Part shown: positions 32,333 through 43,397 of the stretch, one piece after another
How positions within the stretch are numbered: position 1 is the first letter of the stretch
Layout of the letters: each line of letters begins with the position of its first letter
Assembly: GCA_016709545.1 (NCBI GenBank)
Contig: JADJMO010000007.1
Coordinates: forward strand, 94,009-158,008
Length of the DNA: 64,000 bases
Reading direction: 5' to 3'
DNA from: Myxococcales bacterium
GTDB taxonomy: Bacteria; Myxococcota_A; Polyangia; Polyangiales; JADJMO01
Notes under the pieces: model-generated
Databases searched by the model: none
Told to the model about the DNA's origin: nothing
The model's input: only the letters and a program-made list of their open reading frames with translations
Translations under genes and position numbers: made by a program

Positions 32333-32619
32333 CCGACGAAGCGAAGAAGCAGTCCCTCTCCCGGGTGCGTGGGCTCGCGGCGCTGGTGCGCGACGCGGTG
32401 GAGCACGGCTCGCGGGCGGTCGAGAAGGTGCACCTCGAGATCGCCAAGCGCCCCTTCACGGTGCTCGAGCACGTGCCAGGCATCGAGGCGCCGAGCCGCG
32501 CGGTCCACGTCGTGCACGATCTCACGGTGCAGTCCGTCTACGGGAGCATCCGCCTCGTGAACGGGCTCGTGGGCACCACGGTCGAGGCCGCCCTGAACGC
32601 GGTCGAACACAAGCCCTGA
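32329..32619 (+). CDS. small helical protein translationally coupled to the lipase
   Basis: ATGA overlap at 32329-32332. MTDEAKKQSLSRVRGLAALVRDAVEHG..., 96 aa, ends the 31630..32619 ORF. Confidence 0.7.
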   Translation: MTDEAKKQSLSRVRGLAALVRDAVEHGSRAVEKVHLEIAKRPFTVLEHVPGIEAPSRAVHVVHDLTVQSVYGSIRLVNGLVGTTVEAALNAVEHKP

Positions 32620-32647
32620 GCGCCGCTGGATGCGCTAGGAGCACGGC

Positions 32648-33328
32648 ATGCGCGTCTCGCTGCTCGCCTTGGCGCTCCTGCTCGGGTGCGGCAACGCGAC
32701 CCCCGCCGCCGAGGCCACGGATGCGGCGTCGGAGATCGGCACCGACGTCGCCGCCGACGTCGCCGAGGCCGCTGTCGACGCCTGGGTCGACAAGGCGGCC
32801 ACCTGCGTCGGCACCTTCGGGACCGCGCTCGGATCGGTGGGCTTCGCGCGCTTCGACGGAACCGTCGTCGCCGTGGTGCCGCCGGCGCACCCGACGTGTC
32901 CCTATCCGAACAAGACCCACGTCGCGGTGCAGATCCGGGTGGGCGAGGTGATCTACCGGATGGTCGTGAACGTGCAGTCCGACCGCAGCGGCATCGACCC
33001 GCGCATCAAGCTCGCGACCTTGGAGGCCGAGCTCCCCGCGCCCGCGTGGAGCAACGGGATCCACGAGGACGCGCCGCTCGACTACGTGACCACGCTCGGC
33101 CTGCACGCGCCGGCCTTCGCTCCGAAGACGATGGCCGAGGCGAGCGCCGCCGTCGACGCCTTCCTGCCGCTCGGCGCGAAGGTGAGCGTCTACGCGAGCG
33201 CGGGCGGCAAGCCCGAGAGCGCGCACCTGGTCCATCGCAACGCCACCGGGCAGGACGGCGCGATCGTCGTGGTCGGCGACGCGACGGCGCGCTTCCTCTT
33301 GTTCTCCTTCGACGGCCAGACGTTCTAA
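32648..33328 (+). CDS. hypothetical lipoprotein
   Basis: AGGAG RBS, lipobox LLGC, acidic linker, globular C-terminal domain. Confidence 0.75.
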   Translation: MRVSLLALALLLGCGNATPAAEATDAASEIGTDVAADVAEAAVDAWVDKAATCVGTFGTALGSVGFARFDGTVVAVVPPAHPTCPYPNKTHVAVQIRVGEVIYRMVVNVQSDRSGIDPRIKLATLEAELPAPAWSNGIHEDAPLDYVTTLGLHAPAFAPKTMAEASAAVDAFLPLGAKVSVYASAGGKPESAHLVHRNATGQDGAIVVVGDATARFLLFSFDGQTF

Positions 33329-34047
33329 GCGGCCGAGGTCGGGATCGGCGTGCCGAGCAGCCACGCCTCGACGACCCGGTCGTCGGCGAACAGCTTGCCG
33401 ACCACCCGGTAGCGCGACTTCACGAGCGGCTTCGCCTCGACGGCGAGTTCGCGCACGACCTTGCGGGCGCCGACGTACGACGCGTGGTGGAAGAACACCA
33501 CGCCCCCGCGGACCACCAGGTAGCCCACGTGGTCGTCCAGGCCGACGACGTAGAGTCCGTCGCCCCGCCGCGCGACGGCGGCGACGAACTCCTCCACGGG
33601 TACGTCCGAGAAGCGCTGGACATGCTCCTTGGGCGAGAGCGTCTTGACGATGCGCTCCGAGGCCTGCTGCGCGAGCCGGATGCGCTCCACACCCAGGCCC
33701 GCCTCGCGGAGCGTGGTGCTCACGAAGTACCCGCACGCGATCGCGCCCTCGCGGGGCGTGGTCGACGTGCCGTGGAAGGCCCAGGCGGTGCCGTCCCACC
33801 GGGGAAGGACCTCGTCGACCAGGGCCTGTTCGAGGGTGGACGCCGCGCGACGGAGCACGGCCGACCGGGCCGCGCCGTCCTTCGCGAGGGCGAGGTCGTG
33901 CGCCAGCGCGCGGCGGCGTGCTTCCAGCCTACCGAGCGGGTCACTGGCTCCGGCCTCCGACGGCGCGCGCGGCTCGAGCGGCGCCGGTGGGTCGCAGGCG
34001 GCGAGGGCGACCGAGAAGACCAGCGCGAGGGCGAGCGTCCGGGCCAT
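33325..34047 (-). CDS. hypothetical lipoprotein, possible papain/NlpC-P60-like Cys-His hydrolase
   Basis: Lipobox LAAC. W.GT.W.F.G...IACGYFVSTTL and LDDHVGYLV spacing resembles an NlpC/P60-type dyad. Confidence 0.6.
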   Translation of the reverse strand: MARTLALALVFSVALAACDPPAPLEPRAPSEAGASDPLGRLEARRRALAHDLALAKDGAARSAVLRRAASTLEQALVDEVLPRWDGTAWAFHGTSTTPREGAIACGYFVSTTLREAGLGVERIRLAQQASERIVKTLSPKEHVQRFSDVPVEEFVAAVARRGDGLYVVGLDDHVGYLVVRGGVVFFHHASYVGARKVVRELAVEAKPLVKSRYRVVGKLFADDRVVEAWLLGTPIPTSAA

Positions 34048-34109
34048 CGTGAGGCGGAGAACGCCCGCGCGATCGGGGCTGTTCCGGCCCTGCTAGCATG
34101 GTCGGATCC

Positions 34110-35063
34110 ATGGGTGACGATTCGCTCCCGGCGGCTCCGCGCGAACGCATCCCGCGCGTGCGCGCCGAGCTCGCCAAGGTGATCCTCGGCAAGGACCTGA
34201 TCCTCGATCGCCTGCTCGTGGCGCTCCTCGCCGACGCGCACGTGCTCATGGAGGACGTGCCCGGGGTCGGCAAGACGACCCTGGCCAAGGCCCTCGCGCG
34301 CACGTTCGCGGGCGAGTTCCGCCGGCTCCAGTTCACGCCGGATCTGCTGCCGACCGACGTGCTCGGCTCCTCGGTCTACGATCCGCGCGACGGCAGCTTC
34401 ACGTTCAAGCCCGGGCCCGTGTTCGCCAACGTGCTCCTCGCCGACGAGATCAACCGCGCGTCGCCGCGCACGCAGTCGAGCCTCCTCGAGGCCATGAGCG
34501 AGCGGCAGGCCTCGATCGAGGGCGTCACGCGCGCGCTGCCGAAGCCGTTCCTCGTCCTCGCCACCCAGAACCCCATCGAGCTCCACGGCACCTATCCCCT
34601 GCCGGAGGCGCAGCTCGACCGGTTCGGGATGCGCCTCGAGATCGGCTACCCCGCGCACGATCAGGCGGTCGACATGCTCTACGCGCAGGCCGACCACCAC
34701 CCGATCGACGACGTGGAGCCGGTGCTCGACGAGGCGGCGCTCCTCGCCCTCCAGCGCGCCACGCGCGCGGTGCGCGTCGACCGTCGCGTCGGCGGCTACG
34801 TCGTCGATCTGGTCGAGGCCACCCGTGGCCACGCCACGGTCAAGCTCGGCGCCTCGCCGCGCGCCTCGCTCGCGCTGTTCCGCTGCGCGCAGGCGCACGC
34901 CTACCTCGACCAGCGCGCCTACGTGCTGCCCGAGGACGTGAAGGGCATCGCGGTCGAGGTGCTCGCCCACCGCCTGATGCTCGACCCGAAGGCGCGCTAC
35001 GGCGGCGTCCGCAAGGAGGATCTCGTCCGCGAGATCCTCGGCGTCGTGCCGGTGCCGGTGTGA
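34110..35063 (+). CDS. MoxR-family AAA+ ATPase
   Basis: HVLMEDVPGVGKT, RLQFTPDLLPTD, LLADEINRASPRTQSSLLEAM, ATQNPIE..GTYPLPEAQLDRF. Confidence 0.95.
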   Translation: MGDDSLPAAPRERIPRVRAELAKVILGKDLILDRLLVALLADAHVLMEDVPGVGKTTLAKALARTFAGEFRRLQFTPDLLPTDVLGSSVYDPRDGSFTFKPGPVFANVLLADEINRASPRTQSSLLEAMSERQASIEGVTRALPKPFLVLATQNPIELHGTYPLPEAQLDRFGMRLEIGYPAHDQAVDMLYAQADHHPIDDVEPVLDEAALLALQRATRAVRVDRRVGGYVVDLVEATRGHATVKLGASPRASLALFRCAQAHAYLDQRAYVLPEDVKGIAVEVLAHRLMLDPKARYGGVRKEDLVREILGVVPVPV

Positions 35064-36334
35064 AGCGGGCGGGGCCTCGGGGGCGCGCGCTCCTGCGCAC
35101 GCCGATCCACGAGTTTCCCGTCTACCACCAGCTGGTCCGCACCTGGGAGGAGCGCCTCACCCCGATGGGACGGCGCGTGCTCGTGACGCTCTCGGTGCTG
35201 TTCGCGCTCTCGCTCGACACGCGTCGCAACCAGAACTTCCTGCTCCTCGCCGTGGCCTTCGGGATGCTCGTCGCGGCGTTCGTCCTCGTCCCGCGCCGCC
35301 GCGCCGAGGCCAGGCTCGCCCTCGTCCTCCCGACGCGGGCCACGGCGGGCGAGCCGCTCGTCGTCCGCGGCCGGGTGCGCGTGACGGAGCCCGCCGCCGG
35401 GCTCCTGCGCGTGGCCTTCGGTCAGCGCTTCGACAGGCGGCGCCTCGACGTCGAGCCGCGCGAGCTCTCGCTGGCCTTCGACGGCGAAGAGCGCGAGGCC
35501 ACGGTGCAGGTCCTCGTGCGGCCGCTCCGTCGCGGCCGTCACGCGCTCGGCCCGCTCACGGTGCGCGAGCTCGACCCCCTCGGCCTGCTCGCCGGTCGCG
35601 CGCTCGCCGAGGTGCCCGCGACGACCGTCCTCGTCGGCCCTCCCGTCTTCGAGTGGGCGCTCCACGACGGCAACTCCGGCCGTCGGTTGTCGCCGGGCGG
35701 TATCCCGTTCGCGACCCACACCAGCGACGCGATGGAGCTGGTCGGCACCCGCGAGTGGCGCGCCGGGGATCGCCTGCGCAACGTGCACTACCGCTCGTTC
35801 GCGCGGCGGGGCGTGCCGGTCGTGAAGGAGTTCCAGGAGGAGTACTTCCCGCGCATCGCGATCGTGGTCGACACGAGCCTCCCCGCGCCCGCGGGGCCCG
35901 CCGAGCGCGAGGCCTTCGAGGCGGCGCTCTCGGTCGGGGCCTCGGTCGCGGCGGCCCTCGCGCGCGCCGATCACGTGGTCGAGCTCCTCGCCGCGGGCCC
36001 CGAGCTCTACCGGGTCTCCGCGGGCCGCGGGCTCGGACAGCTCGACGACGTGCTCGACGTGCTCGCCTGCATCGAGCCCTCGGACGAGCCCGCGCTCGCC
36101 GGCGTCGCGCCCGCCGTCGAGGCCGAGATCGCCCAGATCGGCACGGTGATCGTCGTGCTGCTCGACCTCGACGAAGTTCGCCTCGCGTGCCTCGACCGGC
36201 TGCGGGTGCTCGGGACCGAGGTGCACGCGATCGTGGTGCGTGAGGGCCCGACCGCCGTGCCCCTCGTCGAGTCCGAGGGGCTCGAGCGCCTGCCTCCGTC
36301 GGCGGTGAAGCGGGCGATCGAGGGCGCCCGATGA
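35060..36334 (+). CDS. DUF58 family protein
   Basis: GTGA overlap. RRGRHALGPL...DPLGL, GTREWRAGDRLRNVHYRSFAR..PVVKEF. Confidence 0.88.
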   Translation: MKRAGPRGRALLRTPIHEFPVYHQLVRTWEERLTPMGRRVLVTLSVLFALSLDTRRNQNFLLLAVAFGMLVAAFVLVPRRRAEARLALVLPTRATAGEPLVVRGRVRVTEPAAGLLRVAFGQRFDRRRLDVEPRELSLAFDGEEREATVQVLVRPLRRGRHALGPLTVRELDPLGLLAGRALAEVPATTVLVGPPVFEWALHDGNSGRRLSPGGIPFATHTSDAMELVGTREWRAGDRLRNVHYRSFARRGVPVVKEFQEEYFPRIAIVVDTSLPAPAGPAEREAFEAALSVGASVAAALARADHVVELLAAGPELYRVSAGRGLGQLDDVLDVLACIEPSDEPALAGVAPAVEAEIAQIGTVIVVLLDLDEVRLACLDRLRVLGTEVHAIVVREGPTAVPLVESEGLERLPPSAVKRAIEGAR

Positions 36335-38352
36335 CGAGGCGTCTGCCGCTCTCGATCGTGCTCGCGGTGGCGACGTTCGCCTTCGCGCGGTCGCTCTCGA
36401 GCCCCACCGGGACCGTGCTCGGCGTGCTCGCGCTCGCGACGGCGGTCCTCTCGACCCCCGTCGACCCCTCGCTCGAACGCCTCGCTCGCTTGCTCGGCCG
36501 CGTGGCGGTGATCGCCGCGGTGCTCGTCGGCTGGGCCCTCGCCGTGGCCCCCATGCTGCACGGCGAGCGCGCCGACGACGTGATGCGCACGATCGGCTTC
36601 GCGCTGGTCGGCTGCGCGCTGCCTCTCGCCGTCCACGCTCCACGCGCGGACGCGGCGGTGCTGCTGCACGCGCTCGGGCTGCTCGGCCTCGCCGGCCTGC
36701 ACCGGCAGGCCGATCTGCGGCCGTTCGTCGCCATCGCCGCCGTCGCCACGGCCCTCCACCTCGTCGTCCGCGCGCGCGAGGTCGCCGTGGGCCGTGGCCG
36801 CCCACCGCTCGTGCGCCTCGCGCTCGCGTTCGGGCTCGTCGCCGCGATCGCGACGCCGGTCGGCCTCGGCCTCCCGCCGCTCCAGCGTCGCATCGAGCAG
36901 GCGATCTCGGGGCGTCGCACCTGGGAGCTGCGCGGGCGCACCGGCCTCTCTGCCGAGGACGTGCGGGTGGGCGAGATCCTCTCGCTCGCGCAGTCGGAGC
37001 GCGCCGTGCTGCGCTTCTACGGACCCCGCGCGCAGAAGCTCCGCGCCCAGGTGTTCGTGCGCTTCGACGGTCGGCTGTGGCACGCGGTGCACGCGACGAA
37101 CCCGACCACGCCCCCGCCCGTCACCGCGACTCTCGGGCCCCGCGCCGCGCCGTGGCTCGCCCGGTTCGACGGGCCCTTGCGCCTGTTCCCGGGCGCGTCG
37201 AGCTCCGACCTCGGCGGAGACGAGGTGCTCGCGTCCCGCCTCGAGCCGATCGAGCTCGACGAGGGGTTGATCGTGCAACCAGGGGACGCCCTCGCGGTCG
37301 CCACCGAGGACGACGTGCGCATCGACGCGGTCGGCCTCCTCGTGCGCAACGACCGACGTCAGCCCGATCCCTACGTGGTCGTCCACCGTCGTCGCCTCGG
37401 CATCGGCGACGCGGTGCCGCCCACGGAGGCCGAGCGCGCCCTCGCGCTCTCCCTGCCTCGCCTCGTGGATCCGCGGCTGCGCGAGCTCGCGAACCGGCTC
37501 GCTCGCGCGGAGGGTGGAGGGCCCGCCGCGCCGCTGCTCGACCCCCGACAGCGCGTCGATCGCACCGTCGCCTACCTGCGCTCCGCCGCGACCTACACGC
37601 TCGAGACGCCGAAGTACACCGGGCGCGACGTCGTGGCCGATTTCCTCTTCGTGCACCGCGCCGGCTACTGCGAGCACTTCGCGAGCGCGCTCGCCATCCT
37701 CCTGCGTCTCGAGGGGGTCCCGACGCGCTACGTGACCGGCTTCTCGCTCGACGAGAACGATCGCGAGGGCGAGCACTACCTCGTGCGCGACCAGCACGCG
37801 CACGCGTGGGTCGAAGCCTTCGTCGACGGCGTCGGCTGGGTCGAGGCCGACGCGACGCCGGTGATCGAGGGCGAGCCAGGGCCGCGCCGCGGGCGCTGGC
37901 TCGACCGGCTGCGCGCCTTCATCGCCGACCTGCGCGCGGACCTCCGCTACGGCCGCGCGGTGGATCTCGCGCGCCGGCTGCGCTGGCCGCTCGCGATCAC
38001 CCTGTCTCTCCTCGGCCTCGCCTACGTGGCCCGCAACGAGGTCCGTCGTCGGCTCCTGCTGGCCGGCAAGCAGGGGCCGAAGGCGCGAGCTCGCGAACCC
38101 CTCACCACCGACCTCGAAACCTGCCTGCACGACCTCGAGGCCGCCTGGCGCCAGCTCGGCGTACCTCGTCCGCGCGCCGCGGGCCTGCGCGAACACGCGG
38201 AGACGACCGAGACCGAGCTGCCCGTCGAGGTCGCGCGCGCGGTGAACGTCGCGGTCGGGCTGCTCCACGACGCAGCGTTCGGGGGCCAGACACCCGAGCC
38301 CGCCGCCATCGTCGCCGCCCGCGCGCACCTGCGTGCCCTCGGGCGCGCCTGA
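36331..38352 (+). CDS. transglutaminase-like membrane protein (DUF3488/TgpA type)
   Basis: ATGA overlap. N-terminal TM bundle. FLF..RAGYCEHFASA, PTRYVTGF, HAWVE..GWVEADATP (Cys-His-Asp). Confidence 0.9.
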   Translation: MTRRLPLSIVLAVATFAFARSLSSPTGTVLGVLALATAVLSTPVDPSLERLARLLGRVAVIAAVLVGWALAVAPMLHGERADDVMRTIGFALVGCALPLAVHAPRADAAVLLHALGLLGLAGLHRQADLRPFVAIAAVATALHLVVRAREVAVGRGRPPLVRLALAFGLVAAIATPVGLGLPPLQRRIEQAISGRRTWELRGRTGLSAEDVRVGEILSLAQSERAVLRFYGPRAQKLRAQVFVRFDGRLWHAVHATNPTTPPPVTATLGPRAAPWLARFDGPLRLFPGASSSDLGGDEVLASRLEPIELDEGLIVQPGDALAVATEDDVRIDAVGLLVRNDRRQPDPYVVVHRRRLGIGDAVPPTEAERALALSLPRLVDPRLRELANRLARAEGGGPAAPLLDPRQRVDRTVAYLRSAATYTLETPKYTGRDVVADFLFVHRAGYCEHFASALAILLRLEGVPTRYVTGFSLDENDREGEHYLVRDQHAHAWVEAFVDGVGWVEADATPVIEGEPGPRRGRWLDRLRAFIADLRADLRYGRAVDLARRLRWPLAITLSLLGLAYVARNEVRRRLLLAGKQGPKARAREPLTTDLETCLHDLEAAWRQLGVPRPRAAGLREHAETTETELPVEVARAVNVAVGLLHDAAFGGQTPEPAAIVAARAHLRALGRA

Positions 38353-38365
38353 TGGCTCGGTCCGT

Positions 38366-40369
38366 TCACTTCGCGGGCTTGCAGAACCCGTCGATGCACG
38401 CCTGCAGCGGGCACTCGCTCGTCGAGGTGCAGGGCTTGCGATCCACCTTGGTGACCCACTGCGCGATGTGGTTGCCGCTGCCCACGTCCTGGAACGGGAG
38501 CCAGAACCCCGGGTAGCTCGGGTCGGTGCCGGCCTTGGCCTTGGCCGGGTCGAACGCGGTCATCCAGATCTGCGCCGTCGAACCCGACGCGAGGCGGAGG
38601 CCGTAGGCGCGGCGGCTCGAGAACGTGAGCCACACGAGGCTGCCGCTCTTGTACGCCTGCATCGAGGCCGACCACTTGGGCCACGAATCGCCGCCCGTGG
38701 ATGCGGTCGCGAGGCGGACCGGCGTGCCGCCCGTCGACGGCACCACCCACACCTGCGCGTCCTTCGCGTCGTAGGAGTTCACGTTGCTCGGCGACTGGTT
38801 GAACACGACCCAGCTGCCGTCGGGCGAGTAGGCCGGGTAGAAGTTGTTCTTGCCCGCGAACGGCACGAGCGTGGTCGACTTGCCCCACGTGGTGCCGTCG
38901 AACGGCATCACCTCGATCGACGCCGAGTCCACGCCGGTGGCGCCGCAGAACCCGATGCACGGAGGCGGCGAGGCGGCCTTCGCGTAGACCGCGTGCGCCC
39001 CGTCGGGCGCCCAGTCGGGCATCGCGCCGTTGGCGACCAGCGGCTCGACGAACGGCACGCCGGTGACCGCGTTGCGGTACGAGATGTTCACGCCGTTCGA
39101 CGTGAGCACCTTGGTCTCGTCGGGCGAGAAGCTGAAGAAGTTGGAGCCGCCGCCGAACGGGCCGCCCTGCGCGTAGACCAGCGTCTTGCTCGCGACGTCG
39201 AACACCTTGTACGGAGAGGGCGCGGGGATGTCGAGGCCGACCGCGATGCGGTGGCCCTTGCGGGAGAGCACGTGGCAGCCCACGCAGGTCGTGGCGCCGG
39301 CGGTGGCGGCGTTCATGTACGTCTCCCCCGTGGAGCCGCTGACGCCGAACTCGTAGCGCATGGTCGCGCCGGCCTTGGCGTTCCAGTAGTAGATGCCGCC
39401 GATCATGTCCTCGAGGCCGAACAAGATCGTCTGCGTGCCGGAGACCGAGACCTTGGTCGGGGCGCTCGCGTTGACCGCGCGGAGCTTGTAGCTGACCGGA
39501 TCGCCCCCGCGGCCGCCCTCCGCCACGAGCTTCCACACCGTGGCGTCGGGCGTGTAGATGCAGCCCCCGCCGACCGGCGTGCAGCCGAAGTAGACCTTGG
39601 CGTCGACCGTGGCGCTGGTGAACGAGAGCTCGAACAGCGTGTTGCCCGCCCCGGGCATGAAGTGGAACTCGAACACGTTCATGTTCGGCGGCACCAGCGT
39701 GCCGGTCTGCGGATACACGAAGCTCGGGATCGCCGATCCGTCCGTCGGGCCCGTGAACTTGGTGGGCGCGTCGGTCGCCGCGCCGGGGCCGATGATGGTG
39801 GTCGGCGCCACCACCGTCACCGACGTGGAGGCCGCGTAGCCCGGCGTCGTCGCGCTGATGGTGGTCTTGCCGGTCTTGGTCGTGGTGGTGAGCGTCGAGC
39901 CCGCGAACGAGCCGACCGTGAGATCGAGCAGCGAGAAGGTGGTCTTGCTCGTGACGTCGGTCATCGTGCCGTCGAAGGCCACGAGCTTCGCCGCGAACGT
40001 GCGCTTGGCCGCGGCGCCACCGACCAGCGTGATCACGGTGTCGGCGGGCGCGATCTGCAGCACGCTCGCCGGCGGCGGCTTGGTGTCGGCGCCGCCGTCG
40101 ACCGGCACGCCCGAGTCGGTCAGCGGATCGGTGTCGCTCACCGTGCCGTCGCTCGGGGCGCCGGTGTCGGGCGCGCCGTCCTCGATCGGCACCCCCTCGT
40201 CGTCGATCGGTCGCCCCGCGTCGTCGACGGCCACGCCCGTGTCCTTCCTCGGCGCGACGATCTCGCCCTTGTCGGGCGCGCACCCGTAGGTGGCGAGCCC
40301 CACCGCGGCGAGCCAGCCGAGCAAGAGAACGGAGCGGTGACGGAGCGCGAAGCGGACGGCGTGGGACAT
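38366..40369 (-). CDS. lipoprotein with Ig-like segment and TolB/PD40-like beta-propeller
   Basis: Lipobox TYGC. YPQTGTLVPPN, CVGCH, PDWAPDG, YPAYSPDG, WPKWS, WLTFSSRR. Confidence 0.8.
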   Translation of the reverse strand: MSHAVRFALRHRSVLLLGWLAAVGLATYGCAPDKGEIVAPRKDTGVAVDDAGRPIDDEGVPIEDGAPDTGAPSDGTVSDTDPLTDSGVPVDGGADTKPPPASVLQIAPADTVITLVGGAAAKRTFAAKLVAFDGTMTDVTSKTTFSLLDLTVGSFAGSTLTTTTKTGKTTISATTPGYAASTSVTVVAPTTIIGPGAATDAPTKFTGPTDGSAIPSFVYPQTGTLVPPNMNVFEFHFMPGAGNTLFELSFTSATVDAKVYFGCTPVGGGCIYTPDATVWKLVAEGGRGGDPVSYKLRAVNASAPTKVSVSGTQTILFGLEDMIGGIYYWNAKAGATMRYEFGVSGSTGETYMNAATAGATTCVGCHVLSRKGHRIAVGLDIPAPSPYKVFDVASKTLVYAQGGPFGGGSNFFSFSPDETKVLTSNGVNISYRNAVTGVPFVEPLVANGAMPDWAPDGAHAVYAKAASPPPCIGFCGATGVDSASIEVMPFDGTTWGKSTTLVPFAGKNNFYPAYSPDGSWVVFNQSPSNVNSYDAKDAQVWVVPSTGGTPVRLATASTGGDSWPKWSASMQAYKSGSLVWLTFSSRRAYGLRLASGSTAQIWMTAFDPAKAKAGTDPSYPGFWLPFQDVGSGNHIAQWVTKVDRKPCTSTSECPLQACIDGFCKPAK

Positions 40370-40411
40370 CGCGGCAGAGAATAGCTCTCACGCGCGACCG
40401 CGGCTCGGCCC

Positions 40412-41302
40412 TCACGCGCGTTCGGGCGTCCCTTCGGTGTGACACTCGTCGCGCAGGGCGAGCGACCGCACGAGCGCTTCGTAGGCCGGCTCCGCCTCCG
40501 GCAAGCCGATCGCGACGAGCCCCGGGACCACGTCCTCCTCCATGCCGTCGAAGAAGGCCTTCGCATAGCCCGCCTCGCTCAGCGTCCCGAAGTTCGGCCC
40601 CTCGTCGACCGGGGGCGAGCCGAGCGCCCACGCGCGGTCGCCGGTCACCTGACAAAGGCCTGCAAAGTGGGAGAACAGGAACGGTAGGCGCGCGGCGAGC
40701 TCGCGCCGCTCCTCGTCGAAGGCCGGGCCGTCCCGGCGCATCAGGAGCGCGCCGAGCTCCCACCCGAGCTCGGCGTGGAACGTCTCGTCGGTGACGATCG
40801 CAGCCACCACCTCGCGCGCGAGCGGCACGTCGGTCGCGCGCAACGCCCTGCGGAACATGCGACCGCTGATCGTCTCGCCGATGCAGAACGCCGCGACGAT
40901 GGTCTGGCGCACGTGCGAGCGCGGCGAGCTCGCCGACAGGAGGTGCAGCTGCGAGGGGTCGATCTCGGGGCGCGCCGGGCGACCGAGCGCCTCGCACATG
41001 CGCAGGCACAGGTCGGTGTGGCGCACCTCGTCCGCGATCATGCGCGCGAACGCGCCCGACCAGTCGAGCGGCGCGCCGAGCAGGTGCAGCTGCGCCGCGA
41101 GCTCCGTGAACAGCGCGAGCGAATGCATCTCCTGGACGGCGCGGTGGGCGTAGAGCGCCGCGGCTGCGTCGAGTGCCTCCGCCGGATATCCGCTCGGGTC
41201 GAACCGCTCCCAGTGCACCTCGCCCTGCCGCGGTCGCGCGATGGCGAGGTGCTCGCGGTGGAGGGCGAGGTCGTCGCCGCTGCAGCGTTCGAGCCGATAC
41301 AC
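40412..41302 (-). CDS. ferritin-like diiron-carboxylate protein
   Basis: Helix-pair ligands QEMHS, ADEVRH, IGETIS, TDETFHAE (two ExxH-type motifs plus bridging Glu). Confidence 0.8.
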   Translation of the reverse strand: MYRLERCSGDDLALHREHLAIARPRQGEVHWERFDPSGYPAEALDAAAALYAHRAVQEMHSLALFTELAAQLHLLGAPLDWSGAFARMIADEVRHTDLCLRMCEALGRPARPEIDPSQLHLLSASSPRSHVRQTIVAAFCIGETISGRMFRRALRATDVPLAREVVAAIVTDETFHAELGWELGALLMRRDGPAFDEERRELAARLPFLFSHFAGLCQVTGDRAWALGSPPVDEGPNFGTLSEAGYAKAFFDGMEEDVVPGLVAIGLPEAEPAYEALVRSLALRDECHTEGTPERA

Positions 41303-41316
41303 GACCTGGTTCGCCT

Positions 41317-41646
41317 CTAGTTCGAGGGTGGCGAGTTGGTGTGCTTGGGCGGCTTGGGCGCCGGCGAGTTGGTGTGGACGGGCGCCTTCGGCGGCGAGTT
41401 CACGTGCGGCGGCTCTGGAGCGGCGCTCGGCACGATGGACGCGCTGCTGACCGTCGGCGCCGACGAGGTCGGGGTCGTCGGGGTCGTCGGGGTCGTCGGG
41501 GTCGTCGAGGGCGCGGTGCTGTCCACCGGGGCAGGGGAGTTGACGTGGACCGGGTCCTTGGGGGCTTCCTTCTGACAGCCGGCGAGGCCGATCAGCGCGA
41601 CGCCCTGGGTGAGCAGGCTCAAGCGACGGAGGCGGTGACTGCGCAT
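41317..41646 (-). CDS. small lipoprotein with four H[VT]NSP repeats and a TTP linker
   Basis: Lipobox LAGC. HVNSP x2 and HTNSP x2. TAAGCT 7 nt upstream. Ends 14 nt before the ferritin-like gene. Confidence 0.7.
   Translation of the reverse strand: MRSHRLRRLSLLTQGVALIGLAGCQKEAPKDPVHVNSPAPVDSTAPSTTPTTPTTPTTPTSSAPTVSSASIVPSAAPEPPHVNSPPKAPVHTNSPAPKPPKHTNSPPSN
41471..41506. repeat. 9-bp tandem repeat (ggggtcgtc)x4 encoding TTP
   Basis: Seen directly. Confidence 0.9.
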
Positions 41647-41674
41647 CCGAGCGAGCTTAGCCCGAACTCGGACT

Positions 41675-43153
<1,479 letters not shown>

Positions 43154-43273
43154 CGGTTCCTACATTTCCTGTGCGCGAGACAAAACAAGGACGCCGCGGC
43201 CCGGGCGGCCACGGCGAAAGGGGTCCTCCACCGTACGCTGCCCCGTGAGCGCGGGCAACCTTGCAGGGAGCCG

Positions 43274-43282
43274 TGCTATGGT
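43274..43282 (+). promoter_or_regulatory. extended -10 element upstream of the desaturase
   Basis: TG-C-TATGGT in the rpoD-like/desaturase divergent gap. Confidence 0.35.
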
Positions 43283-43397
43283 GCCCTTTCCAGTCGTCGT
43301 CGGGGCTCGGCCCGCTTCCTCTGGTTTCGAGGAGCGACGATGGGTTCTGCTGGGTTTCACACGAGTTCGAGCCTCTCGACGAACGCGAGGCTCCTTC

